Assembly: GCF_000354175.2 (NCBI RefSeq)
Contig: NC_022349.1
Span: 90,001 to 122,000 of the forward strand
DNA: 32,000 bases
Direction of reading: 5' to 3'
From: Vibrio alginolyticus NBRC 15630 = ATCC 17749
GTDB taxonomy: Bacteria; Pseudomonadota; Gammaproteobacteria; Enterobacterales; Vibrionaceae
Below, piece by piece: positions 10,081-19,154 of this stretch (positions within the stretch are counted from its first letter, which is position 1; every line of letters begins with the position of its first letter). A program made the position numbers and the translations under genes. The notes below the pieces were generated by a model, which saw only the letters and a program-made list of their open reading frames with translations, was not told the origin of the DNA and made no database searches.

Positions 10081-12711
10081 ATGGGTAAATCACTCGTTAT
10101 AGTGGAGTCACCAGCCAAGGCAAAGACGATAAATAAGTACCTTGGTAAAGACTTTATTGTTAAGTCTAGTGTTGGTCATGTGCGTGATCTGCCTACGGCC
10201 GGTCAAAGCACTGGTGAGAAAAAAGCCGCAGCCATCTCAACTAAAGGGATGAGTCCGGAAGAGAAAGCGCGCGTTAAAAAAGAGAAAGACCGCAAAGCGT
10301 TGATCAAAAAGATGGGGATTAACCCATATCATGACTGGGAAGCGAATTACCAAATCCTTCCAGGCAAAGAAAAAGTTGTCAACGAACTACAAAAACTCGC
10401 CAAAGACGCAGATTGCGTTTATCTCGCAACCGATTTGGACCGCGAAGGGGAAGCAATCGCATGGCACCTTCGTGAGATCATCGGTGGCGATGAAGAGCGA
10501 TACAAACGTGTAGTTTTTAACGAAATTACGAAAAACGCGATCCAACAAGCTTTCCAGACACCTGGCGAGCTGAACATGGATGGTGTAAATGCCCAACAAG
10601 CACGTCGCTTCATGGACCGTGTCGTTGGTTTTATGGTTTCACCTCTACTTTGGAAAAAAGTGGCTCGTGGCTTATCTGCTGGTCGAGTGCAGTCTGTTGC
10701 GGTGAAATTGTTAGTTGAGCGTGAGCGTGAGATTAACGCGTTTGTACCAGAAGAATTCTGGGACATTCATGCGAATACGAAAACGAAAGACAAAGCGGAC
10801 TTTAAACTGCTTGTTGCTCAGAAAGACGGTTCTGCGTTTAAGCCAGTTAATGAGGCAGAAACCAAAGCAGCGATGTCTGTACTTGAGAATGCAAGTTACG
10901 AAGTATGTAAGCGTGAAGACCGCCCTACAAAGAGCAAGCCTTCAGCACCTTACATCACCTCTACGCTTCAACAGGCAGCGAGTACACGCCTGGGCTACGG
11001 CGTGAAAAAGACCATGATGCTAGCTCAGCGCCTCTATGAGGCCGGTTACATCACTTATATGCGTACTGACTCGACTAACCTAAGTGCCGAGGCTGTGGAC
11101 GCTGTACGTGACTTTATTGGTTCTGAGTTTGGTGATAAGTACCTACCAGCGAAACCATTGACGTACGGTAGCAAAGAAGGGGCACAGGAAGCGCACGAAG
11201 CGATCCGTCCTTCAAATGTGGGTGTTAAGGCGGAAGACCTGCAAGGTGTCGATGCTGATGCGCACAAACTTTACGCTTTGATTTGGAATCAGTTTGTAGC
11301 GTGTCAAATGACGCCAGCAGAATACGATTCAACAACCATCAGCGTAAAAGCGGCAGAATACACGCTTAAAGCGAAAGGTCGTATCCTTAAATTTGACGGC
11401 TGGACTCGTGTACAGCGTCCAATGGGCAAAAACGAGGATACAATCCTTCCTGCGGTACAACTTGGCGATAAGCTAAGCTTAGAGTCACTTGACCCTAAAC
11501 AGCACTTTACAAAGCCACCTGCGCGCTACACTGAAGCAGCACTGGTTAAAGAGCTGGAGAAACGAGGTATTGGTCGTCCGTCGACTTACGCATCGATCAT
11601 TTCTACGATTCAAGATCGTGGCTACGTGAAAGTTGATCAGCGCCGTTTCTACGCTGAAAAAATGGGTGAAATTGTTACTGACCGCCTTGATGACAGCTTT
11701 AACGATTTGATGAACTACGACTTTACTGCGCGTATGGAACAGAAATTGGACCAAATCGCTGAAGGTGAAGTGAACTGGAAAGCTGTGTTAGACAACTTCT
11801 TTGCTGATTTTACTGGCGATCTTGAAAAAGCGGAGCTGGATGAGTCAGAAGGCGGTATGAAGTTAAACCACATCGTCATGACGGATATCGAGTGTCCGAC
11901 GTGTAGCCGTCCAATGGGCATCCGTACTGCTTCGACAGGTGTGTTCTTAGGCTGTTCAGGTTACGCGTTACCACCAAAAGAGCGTTGTAAGACAACCATC
12001 AACTTGGGTGACGAAGAAGGTATTATTAACGTTCTAGAAGAAGACGTTGAAACCGCAGCTCTTCGTGCTAAAAAGCGTTGTCCGATCTGTGAAACAGCGA
12101 TGGACGCTTACCTGATTGATGACAAGCGTAAGATGCATGTTTGTGGTAATAACCCGAACTGTGAAGGCTACCTTGTTGAATACGGCGAGTTCAAAGTAAA
12201 AGGCTACGATGGTCCAGTTGTTGAATGTGACAAATGTGGCTCTGATATGGTGCTTAAGAACGGTCGCTTTGGTAAATACATGGATTGTACGAGCGAAACG
12301 TGCAAGAACACTCGTAAGATCTTGAAGAATGGCGAAGTCGCGCCCCCGAAAGAAGATCCTGTTCATTTCCCCGAGTTGCCATGTGAAAACTCAGATGCGT
12401 ATTTCGTACTTCGTGATGGTGCTTCAGGTCTATTTATGGCGGCAAGCAACTTCCCGAAATCGCGCGAGACACGTGCTCCTTTGGTTGCTGAACTGGCACG
12501 TTTTGAAGAGCGTTTACCTGAGAAGTTCAAATACCTAGCGACCGCACCGCAAGAAGATCCTGATGGTCGTCCTACAGTTGTACGCTTTAGTCGCAAAACA
12601 AAAGAGAACTACGTTCGTTCGGAAGAGAATGGCAAACCATCTGGTTGGACAGCGCTCTTTGTTGACGGTAAGTGGGAAGTCACTGATAAGCGTAAAAAAG
12701 CGAAAGCATAA
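10081..12711 (+). CDS. topA: DNA topoisomerase I
   Basis: The 876-aa product begins with a TOPRIM N-terminus ([22 protein letters not shown]). It has the active-site region [10 protein letters not shown] and C-terminal Cys4 zinc-ribbon repeats ([24 protein letters not shown]). Confidence 0.97.
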   Translation: MGKSLVIVESPAKAKTINKYLGKDFIVKSSVGHVRDLPTAGQSTGEKKAAAISTKGMSPEEKARVKKEKDRKALIKKMGINPYHDWEANYQILPGKEKVVNELQKLAKDADCVYLATDLDREGEAIAWHLREIIGGDEERYKRVVFNEITKNAIQQAFQTPGELNMDGVNAQQARRFMDRVVGFMVSPLLWKKVARGLSAGRVQSVAVKLLVEREREINAFVPEEFWDIHANTKTKDKADFKLLVAQKDGSAFKPVNEAETKAAMSVLENASYEVCKREDRPTKSKPSAPYITSTLQQAASTRLGYGVKKTMMLAQRLYEAGYITYMRTDSTNLSAEAVDAVRDFIGSEFGDKYLPAKPLTYGSKEGAQEAHEAIRPSNVGVKAEDLQGVDADAHKLYALIWNQFVACQMTPAEYDSTTISVKAAEYTLKAKGRILKFDGWTRVQRPMGKNEDTILPAVQLGDKLSLESLDPKQHFTKPPARYTEAALVKELEKRGIGRPSTYASIISTIQDRGYVKVDQRRFYAEKMGEIVTDRLDDSFNDLMNYDFTARMEQKLDQIAEGEVNWKAVLDNFFADFTGDLEKAELDESEGGMKLNHIVMTDIECPTCSRPMGIRTASTGVFLGCSGYALPPKERCKTTINLGDEEGIINVLEEDVETAALRAKKRCPICETAMDAYLIDDKRKMHVCGNNPNCEGYLVEYGEFKVKGYDGPVVECDKCGSDMVLKNGRFGKYMDCTSETCKNTRKILKNGEVAPPKEDPVHFPELPCENSDAYFVLRDGASGLFMAASNFPKSRETRAPLVAELARFEERLPEKFKYLATAPQEDPDGRPTVVRFSRKTKENYVRSEENGKPSGWTALFVDGKWEVTDKRKKAKA

Positions 12712-12733
12712 AAACGTACGATCTAAGTAATGT

Positions 12734-12762
12734 AAAAAGGCAGCGATATCGCTGCCTTTTTT
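12734..12762 (+). terminator. Rho-independent terminator of topA
   Basis: Stem-loop ggcagcg-atat-cgctgcc is flanked by A5 and followed by T6. Confidence 0.88.
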
Positions 12763-13319
12763 GCGTTTTGTTTTTGCGTAAAGGCCACTGTGTTGTTCGT
12801 ATAGATCTTTGCTGCTTTGACTGAGTTTTGCTGACGCGAGAAGATCCCAGTATCAATATTTCGTAGTCGCTGATGTATTTTTTATGTAAAAAATATTCGT
12901 TGTAACTTTCATTTTGCATTCACATATTTGTTATACATTGGGCTAAAAAATCGGCGGTGTAGTGAATCCGTTCGTAAATTGTTTTCACAATGTAATCGTT
13001 TGCTTTTCCATGTGTGATCTAGATATCGTCTTGAGTACGCAAGAGCTGTATGGTACACAGAATGGCGTATTAAAAATTGTAATTTAGAACCCGCTTAGAT
13101 AATTTATTACAAAAATTAGTGCAACTGTGTGCATTGTTTGCGTCAAAAAATAAGGAAAGAGTGGACGTTGCATACTGGAAGTGCCGTAGCTTTTTTATCC
13201 GTGTTGTAAGAGTTCACAGAAACTCAGAGACGGTTGCTAAATGTATTCGCTTGACTCCCCGAGTATGACTCATTCAAGCGAGTACCAAATCCAAGCTATA
13301 ACGATATGGAGAACAACAA

Positions 13320-14537
13320 ATGGCTGGTGTTTTGGGAATGATTCTTGCTGGCGGTGAAGGCTCTCGTTTGAGACCTTTAACGGAATCTCGCAGTAAACCT
13401 TCGGTACCGTTTGGTGGTAGTTATCGATTGATCGATTTTGCTCTAAACAATTTTGTTAATGCGGATCTGATGCGCATTTACGTCCTAACCCAATTTAAAT
13501 CTCAATCTTTATTCCATCACTTAAAAAAGGGGTGGAACATCAACGGCATTACAGACCGCTTTATCGATCCTATTCCCGCTCAAATGCGTACTGGTAAACG
13601 TTGGTACGAAGGGACGGCGGACGCGATCTATCAAAACCTGCGTTTTATGGAGTTAGAGGAACCAGAGCAAGTTTGTATTTTTGGCTCTGACCATATCTAT
13701 AAGATGGATATCAAACAAATGCTGAACTTCCACTCAGAAAAGCAGGCTTCTCTGACGGTATCTGCATTGCGCATGCCACTAAAAGAGGCGTCGCAATTTG
13801 GGGTTATCGAAGTGGATAGCGAAGGCCGTATGATTGGCTTTGAAGAAAAACCAGCAAATCCGAAGTCGATTCCTGGTGACCCTGATTACGCTTTAGTTTC
13901 AATGGGTAACTATGTTTTTGAAGCTCAGGTACTGTTCTCAGAGTTGGTCGAAGATGCGGATAATGAAGCTTCATCACATGATTTTGGAAAGGACATCATT
14001 CCAAAGATGTTCCCTAGAGGTGATGTGTTCGTGTATGACTTCAGTACCAACAAAATCAGTGGCGAAAAAGAAGAGGTGTACTGGCGTGATGTCGGAACTA
14101 TTGATGCGTACTGGCAAGCGCATATGGATCTGCTAGAAAAAGATGCTCCATTTTCGCTGTACAACCGTAAATGGCCATTGCACACCTACTACCCACCATT
14201 GCCACCTGCGACATTTACCGACTCTGATAATGGTCGTGTGCAGATAATCGATAGTTTAGTGTGTAATGGCAGCTATGTTAGAGGCTCAAGAATCGAAAAG
14301 TCGGTGCTTGGTTTTCGCAGTAATATTGCTTCTGCTTGCGATATCAGCGAATGTATACTTCTTGGTGACGTAAAAATTGGCGAAGGCTGTGTTTTACGTC
14401 GTGTGATTGTCGACAAGGATGCCGATATTGCTCCTGGTGCTCAGATTGGTGTGAATCTTCAAGAAGATAAAAAACACTTCCACGTGTCTGAGGAGGGCAT
14501 TGTTGTTATTCCGAAAGGAGCTCGAGTTGGCTACTAA
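13320..14537 (+). CDS. glgC: Glucose-1-phosphate adenylyltransferase
   Basis: The 405-aa product has MILAGGEGSRLRPLTESRSKPSVPFGG, YVLTQFKSQSL and a C-terminal left-handed beta-helix region. SD GGAG at 13308-13311. Confidence 0.95.
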   Translation: MAGVLGMILAGGEGSRLRPLTESRSKPSVPFGGSYRLIDFALNNFVNADLMRIYVLTQFKSQSLFHHLKKGWNINGITDRFIDPIPAQMRTGKRWYEGTADAIYQNLRFMELEEPEQVCIFGSDHIYKMDIKQMLNFHSEKQASLTVSALRMPLKEASQFGVIEVDSEGRMIGFEEKPANPKSIPGDPDYALVSMGNYVFEAQVLFSELVEDADNEASSHDFGKDIIPKMFPRGDVFVYDFSTNKISGEKEEVYWRDVGTIDAYWQAHMDLLEKDAPFSLYNRKWPLHTYYPPLPPATFTDSDNGRVQIIDSLVCNGSYVRGSRIEKSVLGFRSNIASACDISECILLGDVKIGEGCVLRRVIVDKDADIAPGAQIGVNLQEDKKHFHVSEEGIVVIPKGARVGY

Positions 14538-15984
14538 CAACTTATCTATTCTGTTTGTAGCTTCTGAGGTTGAAGGCCTCATTAAAAGTGGTGGCTTGGC
14601 AGATGTTGCCAAGGCACTACCGGAAGCCCTTCAAAACCTACAGCAAGACGTAAGAATTACCATCCCTGCGTACAGTAGTATTGATAAACTCGCAGACGCA
14701 GAAGTTGTATTAGAAACAGAATTAACATCATGGCCGCATACGGAGTATCGAGTTTTGCGGCTCATGTTAGGTCAAAATCCTGTTTACCTGATTGATTGTC
14801 CGCCGTATTTCAATCGACCATCAATGTATGCGGAGAACAACCAAGCGTATACTGATAACGGCGAGCGCTTTGCGTTTTTTAGTGCAGCATGTCTCGATAT
14901 GTTACCCAAGCTCGCCTTTCAACCTAATATCATACACGCGAACGATTGGCACACAGGTCTTGTTCCATTTTTGCTCAAGCACAGGTATGGCAATGATCCG
15001 TTTTTTGCTCATACTAAAAGCGTCATTTCAATTCACAATGCGGTCTTTAAAGGCGTATTTAGTTATGAAGACGTGCAGTGTTTGCCAGAGTTTCATTGTA
15101 GAAACGTTCCCGATGCTGCGGTGAGTGCAACGCATATTACGATGCTTAAAGCTGGTGTAATGAATGCAGATAAGATAAACGCGGTTAGCCCTACGTACGC
15201 AGAGGAACTAAAAACAGAGCTTGGCAGTCACGGCATGGCTTGGGAGTTTCAGCAACGTGCGCAGGACTTAGTCGGCATCTTGAATGGTTGTGATTACAGC
15301 GCTTGGAATCCGGAAACTGATACCTACTTGCCGGTTAATTACTGCGCCGACCAGCAAAGTATGTCGCAAGGGAAGAAAGCTTGTAAAAAAGCATTACAAC
15401 AACGACTAAATTTGCCCGAAAAAAATGTAGCTATGTTCGGTATGGTTTGTCGGTTGACCCAGCAGAAAGGCGTTCATTACTTGTTGCCTGCTTTGGCCGA
15501 TTTTTTGAAGCACGATGTTCAGCTAGTTGTCGTTGGGACCGGAGACCCTGTTCTTGCCGCTCAGTTACGAGAGGTTGCCGCGCAGTTTTCTAGCAAATTT
15601 GCCTTTGTAGAAGCGTATGACAATGAACTTGCGCATATCGTTGAAGCTGGTTCGGATTTCTTCTTGATGCCTTCTGAGTTTGAACCATGTGGCTTAAACC
15701 AAATCTATAGTATGGCTTATGGGACATTACCGATAGTACGCGGTGTTGGTGGCTTAAAGGACAGCGTTAGCGATTATGATGTAAACCCATCTGAAGCAAC
15801 GGGGTTTGTTTTTTTCGAACCGACACCGCAGGCATTGTTGTTAACGATGCTAAGGGCACTGTTGCTCTACGCTCAAAACGAGCCTGAAGTGAATAAAGTA
15901 CAGTTGCACGCGATGCAACAAGACTTTTGTTGGCAAAAGGCCGCAGAATCTTATTTGCAGCTTTACCACTCAGCGTTAGTTTGA
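14527..15984 (+). CDS. glgA: Glycogen synthase (ADP-glucose type)
   Basis: SILFVASEVEGLIKSGGLADVAKALP is the GlgA KxGGL N-terminal motif. The best start is TTG 14527, 6 nt after AAGGAG (14515-14520), and it overlaps the glgC stop by 11 nt. No in-frame ATG is available near the conserved N-terminus. Confidence 0.9.
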   Translation: MATNNLSILFVASEVEGLIKSGGLADVAKALPEALQNLQQDVRITIPAYSSIDKLADAEVVLETELTSWPHTEYRVLRLMLGQNPVYLIDCPPYFNRPSMYAENNQAYTDNGERFAFFSAACLDMLPKLAFQPNIIHANDWHTGLVPFLLKHRYGNDPFFAHTKSVISIHNAVFKGVFSYEDVQCLPEFHCRNVPDAAVSATHITMLKAGVMNADKINAVSPTYAEELKTELGSHGMAWEFQQRAQDLVGILNGCDYSAWNPETDTYLPVNYCADQQSMSQGKKACKKALQQRLNLPEKNVAMFGMVCRLTQQKGVHYLLPALADFLKHDVQLVVVGTGDPVLAAQLREVAAQFSSKFAFVEAYDNELAHIVEAGSDFFLMPSEFEPCGLNQIYSMAYGTLPIVRGVGGLKDSVSDYDVNPSEATGFVFFEPTPQALLLTMLRALLLYAQNEPEVNKVQLHAMQQDFCWQKAAESYLQLYHSALV

Positions 15985-16000
15985 CTTAAAATTGTAACGA

Positions 16001-16030
16001 AAGGCACCGAATGAGGTGCCTTTATTATCT
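16001..16030 (+). terminator. Rho-independent terminator of glgCA
   Basis: Stem-loop aaggcacc-gaatga-ggtgcctt is followed by tattatctt. Confidence 0.75.
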
Positions 16031-16093
16031 TGAGTAAGGGGAGTGTGGTAGGATGGCTTTTTACTCAATAGCACGATCTTTTTGATACTCAAT

Positions 16094-16897
16094 ATGACCC
16101 AGCCGCTACTTTTTCATAAAACCTATTTGCACCCTACTAGTAATGAGTGGGTTGTATTTGTGCACGGTGCTGGTGGTAGCTCTTCTATCTGGTTCAAGCA
16201 AATTAAAGCTTACAAGCAACACTTTAACTTATTGCTGATCGATTTAAGAGGTCATGGAAAGTCAAATCAGTTACTTAAAGAGCTCATTGCTAGCCGTTAT
16301 ACCTTTACGGAAGTTACCCAAGATATTTTGAAAGTATTGGACCATTTAAAGATCCAATCCGCTCATTTTGTCGGTATGTCGCTTGGTACTATTATTGTTC
16401 GAAACCTTGCTGAATTGTCATCAGAGCGCGTACGTTCGATGGTGCTCGGCGGTGCTGTCACAAGGCTTAACACTCGTTCTCAGATATTGGTGAAATTAGG
16501 TAATTTTTGTAAGCATATCCTACCGTACATGTGGCTCTACAAACTGTTCGCTTATATTGTTATGCCTCAAAGAAGCCAACGAGAATCTCGCCACCTTTTT
16601 ATTCGCGAAGCCAAGAAGCTTTGCCAAAAAGAATTTAAACGTTGGTTTATTCTTGCCGCTGATGTAAATCCGTTAATGAAATATTTTAAAGATCGAGAGT
16701 TACCCATTCCGACTCTTTACTTAATGGGCGACAGGGATTACATGTTTATTAAACCTGTCAAAGAAATGGTTGCAGCACATAAGCTCAGCATTCTACGAGA
16801 AATCCCGAATTGTGGTCATGTATGCAATGTAGAGCGTCCAGAAGACTTCAATCAACACTCCATCGAGTTTATTAAACAGCAAGCTGTATGTGCTTAA
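16094..16897 (+). CDS. Alpha/beta-fold hydrolase, function unknown
   Basis: HGAGGSS is oxyanion-like, GMSLG is a nucleophile elbow (GxSxG), and a C-terminal CGH supplies the catalytic His context. The start is uncertain (ATG 16094 or TTG 16082) and there is no strong SD. Confidence 0.75.
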   Translation: MTQPLLFHKTYLHPTSNEWVVFVHGAGGSSSIWFKQIKAYKQHFNLLLIDLRGHGKSNQLLKELIASRYTFTEVTQDILKVLDHLKIQSAHFVGMSLGTIIVRNLAELSSERVRSMVLGGAVTRLNTRSQILVKLGNFCKHILPYMWLYKLFAYIVMPQRSQRESRHLFIREAKKLCQKEFKRWFILAADVNPLMKYFKDRELPIPTLYLMGDRDYMFIKPVKEMVAAHKLSILREIPNCGHVCNVERPEDFNQHSIEFIKQQAVCA

Positions 16898-16928
16898 AAC
16901 TGAGTGCATCCACTGAATAGGAGAGCCG

Positions 16929-17249
16929 CTATAGCTCTCCTAGTTGATATCCACATTGCCAACATGCACCAAATTGCCCTTCGTTTATTTCATGACATTT
17001 TGGGCATTGCCAATCTTGATACTCATGCCTATCGGATTGTTTTCGATATGCTTTTACTATTTCTTCAGCTTTCATCTTTTGTGCCGTGTCAAAAAGCCAC
17101 ACATAAGGATCGGTATCATCACCAAACGGCAGTTCTCCTTTTAAGCCGAAAATACCTTCTCCGCGAACTTCACAGTAAATTTGTTCCACTTTAAGCAGCT
17201 CACATACAATGTGTGCTTCTGCTGGGTTTTTAGCGATAAATATTTTCAT
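16929..17249 (-). CDS. DUF2007-like small protein with a C-terminal zinc ribbon (CPKC...CWQCG)
   Basis: MKIFIAKNPAEAHIVCELLK is the typical DUF2007 N-terminus. The C-terminal half has a CxxC...CxxC pattern. It lies 20 nt downstream of the TVP38 gene, so they are probably co-transcribed. I prefer ATG 17249 over the listed GTG 17261. Confidence 0.65.
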   Translation of the reverse strand: MKIFIAKNPAEAHIVCELLKVEQIYCEVRGEGIFGLKGELPFGDDTDPYVWLFDTAQKMKAEEIVKAYRKQSDRHEYQDWQCPKCHEINEGQFGACWQCGYQLGEL

Positions 17250-17269
17250 CAAAATACCCACTTCACCAA

Positions 17270-17956
17270 TTACGAGTTTTGCTGACTTGGTGTCGGCCTT
17301 ACTTTATTCATAACCCATTTAGTGATGATTGGAAATAGTCCCAATAGCGCAAAAGACGCTAATACTGCGGGTGAAACAATGCCCGATAGGCTTTCAATTG
17401 TTGCTAATTGAGTACCTGCATTCAGATATACGGCTGTGCCTGGCAGCATACCTATTTGGCTAGTGAGATAAAATCGACCTACAGACATCGGTGTTAAGCC
17501 CATCAGTAAGTTGATTAGAAAGAAAGGGAATACAGGGATTAGACGCAAGGAAAATAGATAAAAAGCTCCGTCTTTTTCGACACCTTGATTAATTGCGTTG
17601 AGTTTATTTCCGAATTTGTTTTGTACCCAGTCACGCAATAAGTATCGGCTGCTCAAGAAGGCCAGTGTTGCCCCCATAGTGCTAGCGAAAGAAACCAGTA
17701 GCAAGCTTGTCCAAAAACCAAATAAGGCTGCACCAAGTAAGGTGACTACTGCCGCTCCTGGGATAGAAAAAGCGGTAATTGCAATGTAGGTAAAAAAGTA
17801 AATCGCAGCCGAGAATACAAAATTCTGATCGATGTATGTAGTTAGTGCTTCTTGTTGGGCTTTTGCATTCTCTAAGGTTAAATACTGGCCAAAGTTAATA
17901 CCTAAAAAGACGATAGCCGCTAGTAGGATGAGACCTAATATCAGTTTCTTATTCAT
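17270..17956 (-). CDS. TVP38/TMEM64 (DedA-superfamily, YdjX/YdjZ-like) inner-membrane protein
   Basis: The 228-aa polytopic protein has IPGAAVVTLLGAALFG and RLIPVFPFFLINLLMG, re-entrant-loop motifs typical of the family. Confidence 0.8.
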   Translation of the reverse strand: MNKKLILGLILLAAIVFLGINFGQYLTLENAKAQQEALTTYIDQNFVFSAAIYFFTYIAITAFSIPGAAVVTLLGAALFGFWTSLLLVSFASTMGATLAFLSSRYLLRDWVQNKFGNKLNAINQGVEKDGAFYLFSLRLIPVFPFFLINLLMGLTPMSVGRFYLTSQIGMLPGTAVYLNAGTQLATIESLSGIVSPAVLASFALLGLFPIITKWVMNKVRPTPSQQNS

Positions 17957-18013
17957 AATTTTGATTCCAATTTGGGATATATGTAATAAGACAGTAGGAA
18001 AACCGAAAAAATT

Positions 18014-18046
18014 TCACAAAAAAACCGCAGATTAGACTGCGGTTTT
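18014..18046 (-). terminator. Rho-independent terminator of tfoY
   Basis: Read on the minus strand: aaaaccgcag-tctaat-ctgcggtttt followed by tttgtgaaattttt. The stem is 10 bp. Confidence 0.88.
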
Positions 18047-18070
18047 ACAAGATAGTTTTTAGGCCGACTT

Positions 18071-18661
18071 TTATTGGAGGCCGTTCATCAACTCATCTCG
18101 GCGAGCTTGAGGTACCACACTCCAATGAGTGCCGTTGATAGCACCTTCTAGTGCCCATAGCAACTCAATGTTGACGGTTGCAGAGTGCGTATCTCTTATC
18201 GCTTTATAGGCGTTAAGCGCACCTTCCTCTTCAAGCTTCTCTACGGATTCGATGCCGGCTTTTTTTAGCATGCGCTCGGTAGCCAGTCGTAAGTTAGGCA
18301 AATCTTTCAAACGGTTAGGCTTTGTACTTGCTTGCTGTTCTTTCTCAAGCTTTGCCTTTTTCAATGATTGATTCGCTACTTCGATTAAGCGTTCGCTTGA
18401 TTCCCATAAATCGCTGGAAATAGCGTAGTACTTTGTAACGACTGGAAAGCCACGTTTTTTATAAACGTAAGGCTTTAGCCCTTGTTTCTCGAAGTCAGAT
18501 GAAGTTTTTTGGTCTGCTCTGATATGAAGCTGATTCTTTACCACTAGTGCAAACATTGTTTCATCAGCGAATAGTCCGAAGCCACCAAACATTGAGCGCG
18601 ACTTGATATTACCAAGTGCCTCAAATAGCTTCATAGAGTCTTTGAGTATCGGTTTATCCAT
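18071..18661 (-). CDS. tfoY: TfoX-family regulator, TfoY type
   Basis: The 196-aa product has a TfoX_N region ([18 protein letters not shown]) and a TfoX_C region ([20 protein letters not shown]...[18 protein letters not shown]). I assign TfoY rather than TfoX because a GEMM-I riboswitch sits in its leader and purR is adjacent, as I recall for V. cholerae VC1722/VC1721. Confidence 0.8.
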   Translation of the reverse strand: MDKPILKDSMKLFEALGNIKSRSMFGGFGLFADETMFALVVKNQLHIRADQKTSSDFEKQGLKPYVYKKRGFPVVTKYYAISSDLWESSERLIEVANQSLKKAKLEKEQQASTKPNRLKDLPNLRLATERMLKKAGIESVEKLEEEGALNAYKAIRDTHSATVNIELLWALEGAINGTHWSVVPQARRDELMNGLQ

Positions 18662-18775
18662 GTTTTGTTATCTCGGTGTAATTAATATTACGCCACCAAA
18701 AGTCAGGTCCGAGAGAGTAGCAAACATGCGTAAAAACAATGTCATTACAGAGTAAAGTCATTGCTTACACACTTG

Positions 18776-18866
18776 CCATCGGTAACCCCGCTACCTTCCA
18801 TATCGTAATATGGTTCAGGCCGGAGGCTTTGCGTCCCACTCTTTCGAATGGTTTGCCCTGTGCGTG
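18776..18866 (-). promoter_or_regulatory. Cyclic-di-GMP-I (GEMM-I) riboswitch aptamer, Vc2 homologue
   Basis: The minus-strand RNA reads CACGCACAGGGCAAACCAUUCGAAAGAGUGGGACGCAAAGCCUCCGGCCUGAACCAUAUUACGAUAUGGAAGGUAGCGGGGUUACCGAUGG. From memory, the 5' half (including the GAAA tetraloop hairpin) and the 3' end (GGUAGCGGGGUUACCGAUGG) match the crystallised V. cholerae Vc2 aptamer nearly base for base. The distal P3 differs but still forms a perfect helix, CCAUAU-UACG-AUAUGG. Confidence 0.9.
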
Positions 18867-19096
18867 ACACAATGAGCATACTTCTTATATTGAATTAACA
18901 TCACGGTTTAGCGTTAAAAGTGTGATTTCGGTTCAATAAAAATGATAGATTGAATGCTCTATTTTGCATATGGAAAGGTGCAAATTGGCCTTTGAAAAGG
19001 AGTTCTTAATATATATTACATTTATATAAAACAGGGAGTTAACGTTAGTCAATTGTTATTAGAGCTGTGTGAAGTATTAGAGAATGCTTAATTTTC

Positions 19097-19130
19097 CCAA
19101 AAAAATAAGCGCCCCTGTAGAGCGCTTATT
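19097..19130 (-). terminator. Rho-independent terminator of purR
   Basis: Read on the minus strand: aataagcgc-tctacaggg-gcgcttatt followed by T8. It starts 25 nt after the purR stop. Confidence 0.85.
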
Positions 19131-19154
19131 TAACACGGTTAAATACAGTGAAAT

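Noticed and set aside
10331-12596. Multiple 60-115-aa ORFs in alternative frames or antisense within topA.
   Set aside because: The same reasoning applies. topA is intact and fully explains the region, and the shadow ORFs have biased, repetitive composition.
12680-12919. 79-aa minus-strand ORF downstream of topA.
   Set aside because: It runs through the topA terminator hairpin into the topA coding end. It is Lys/Arg/Gln-rich and low-complexity, with no SD.
12981-13030. TCACA/TGTGA pentamers upstream of glgC, and TGTGA-N6-TTCAA upstream of tfoY (about 18920-18935), considered as CRP sites.
   Set aside because: The pentamers are in the wrong relative order or spacing for TGTGA-N6-TCACA, or one half-site matches only 2 of 5 positions. 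This is not enough to call a CRP box.
16904-17194. 96-aa plus-strand ORF overlapping the DUF2007 gene.
   Set aside because: The minus-strand frame encodes a recognisable DUF2007 N-terminus plus a CxxC...CxxC zinc ribbon and is positioned as an operon partner of the TVP38 gene. The plus-strand product has no recognisable features.
18071-18661. Calling this gene tfoX, the chitin/competence master regulator.
   Set aside because: The TfoX_N and TfoX_C domains fit both paralogues. From memory, the GEMM-I riboswitch in the leader and the adjacent purR are the hallmarks of the tfoY paralogue in V. cholerae, while tfoX is controlled by the TfoR sRNA instead. A phylogeny would settle it.
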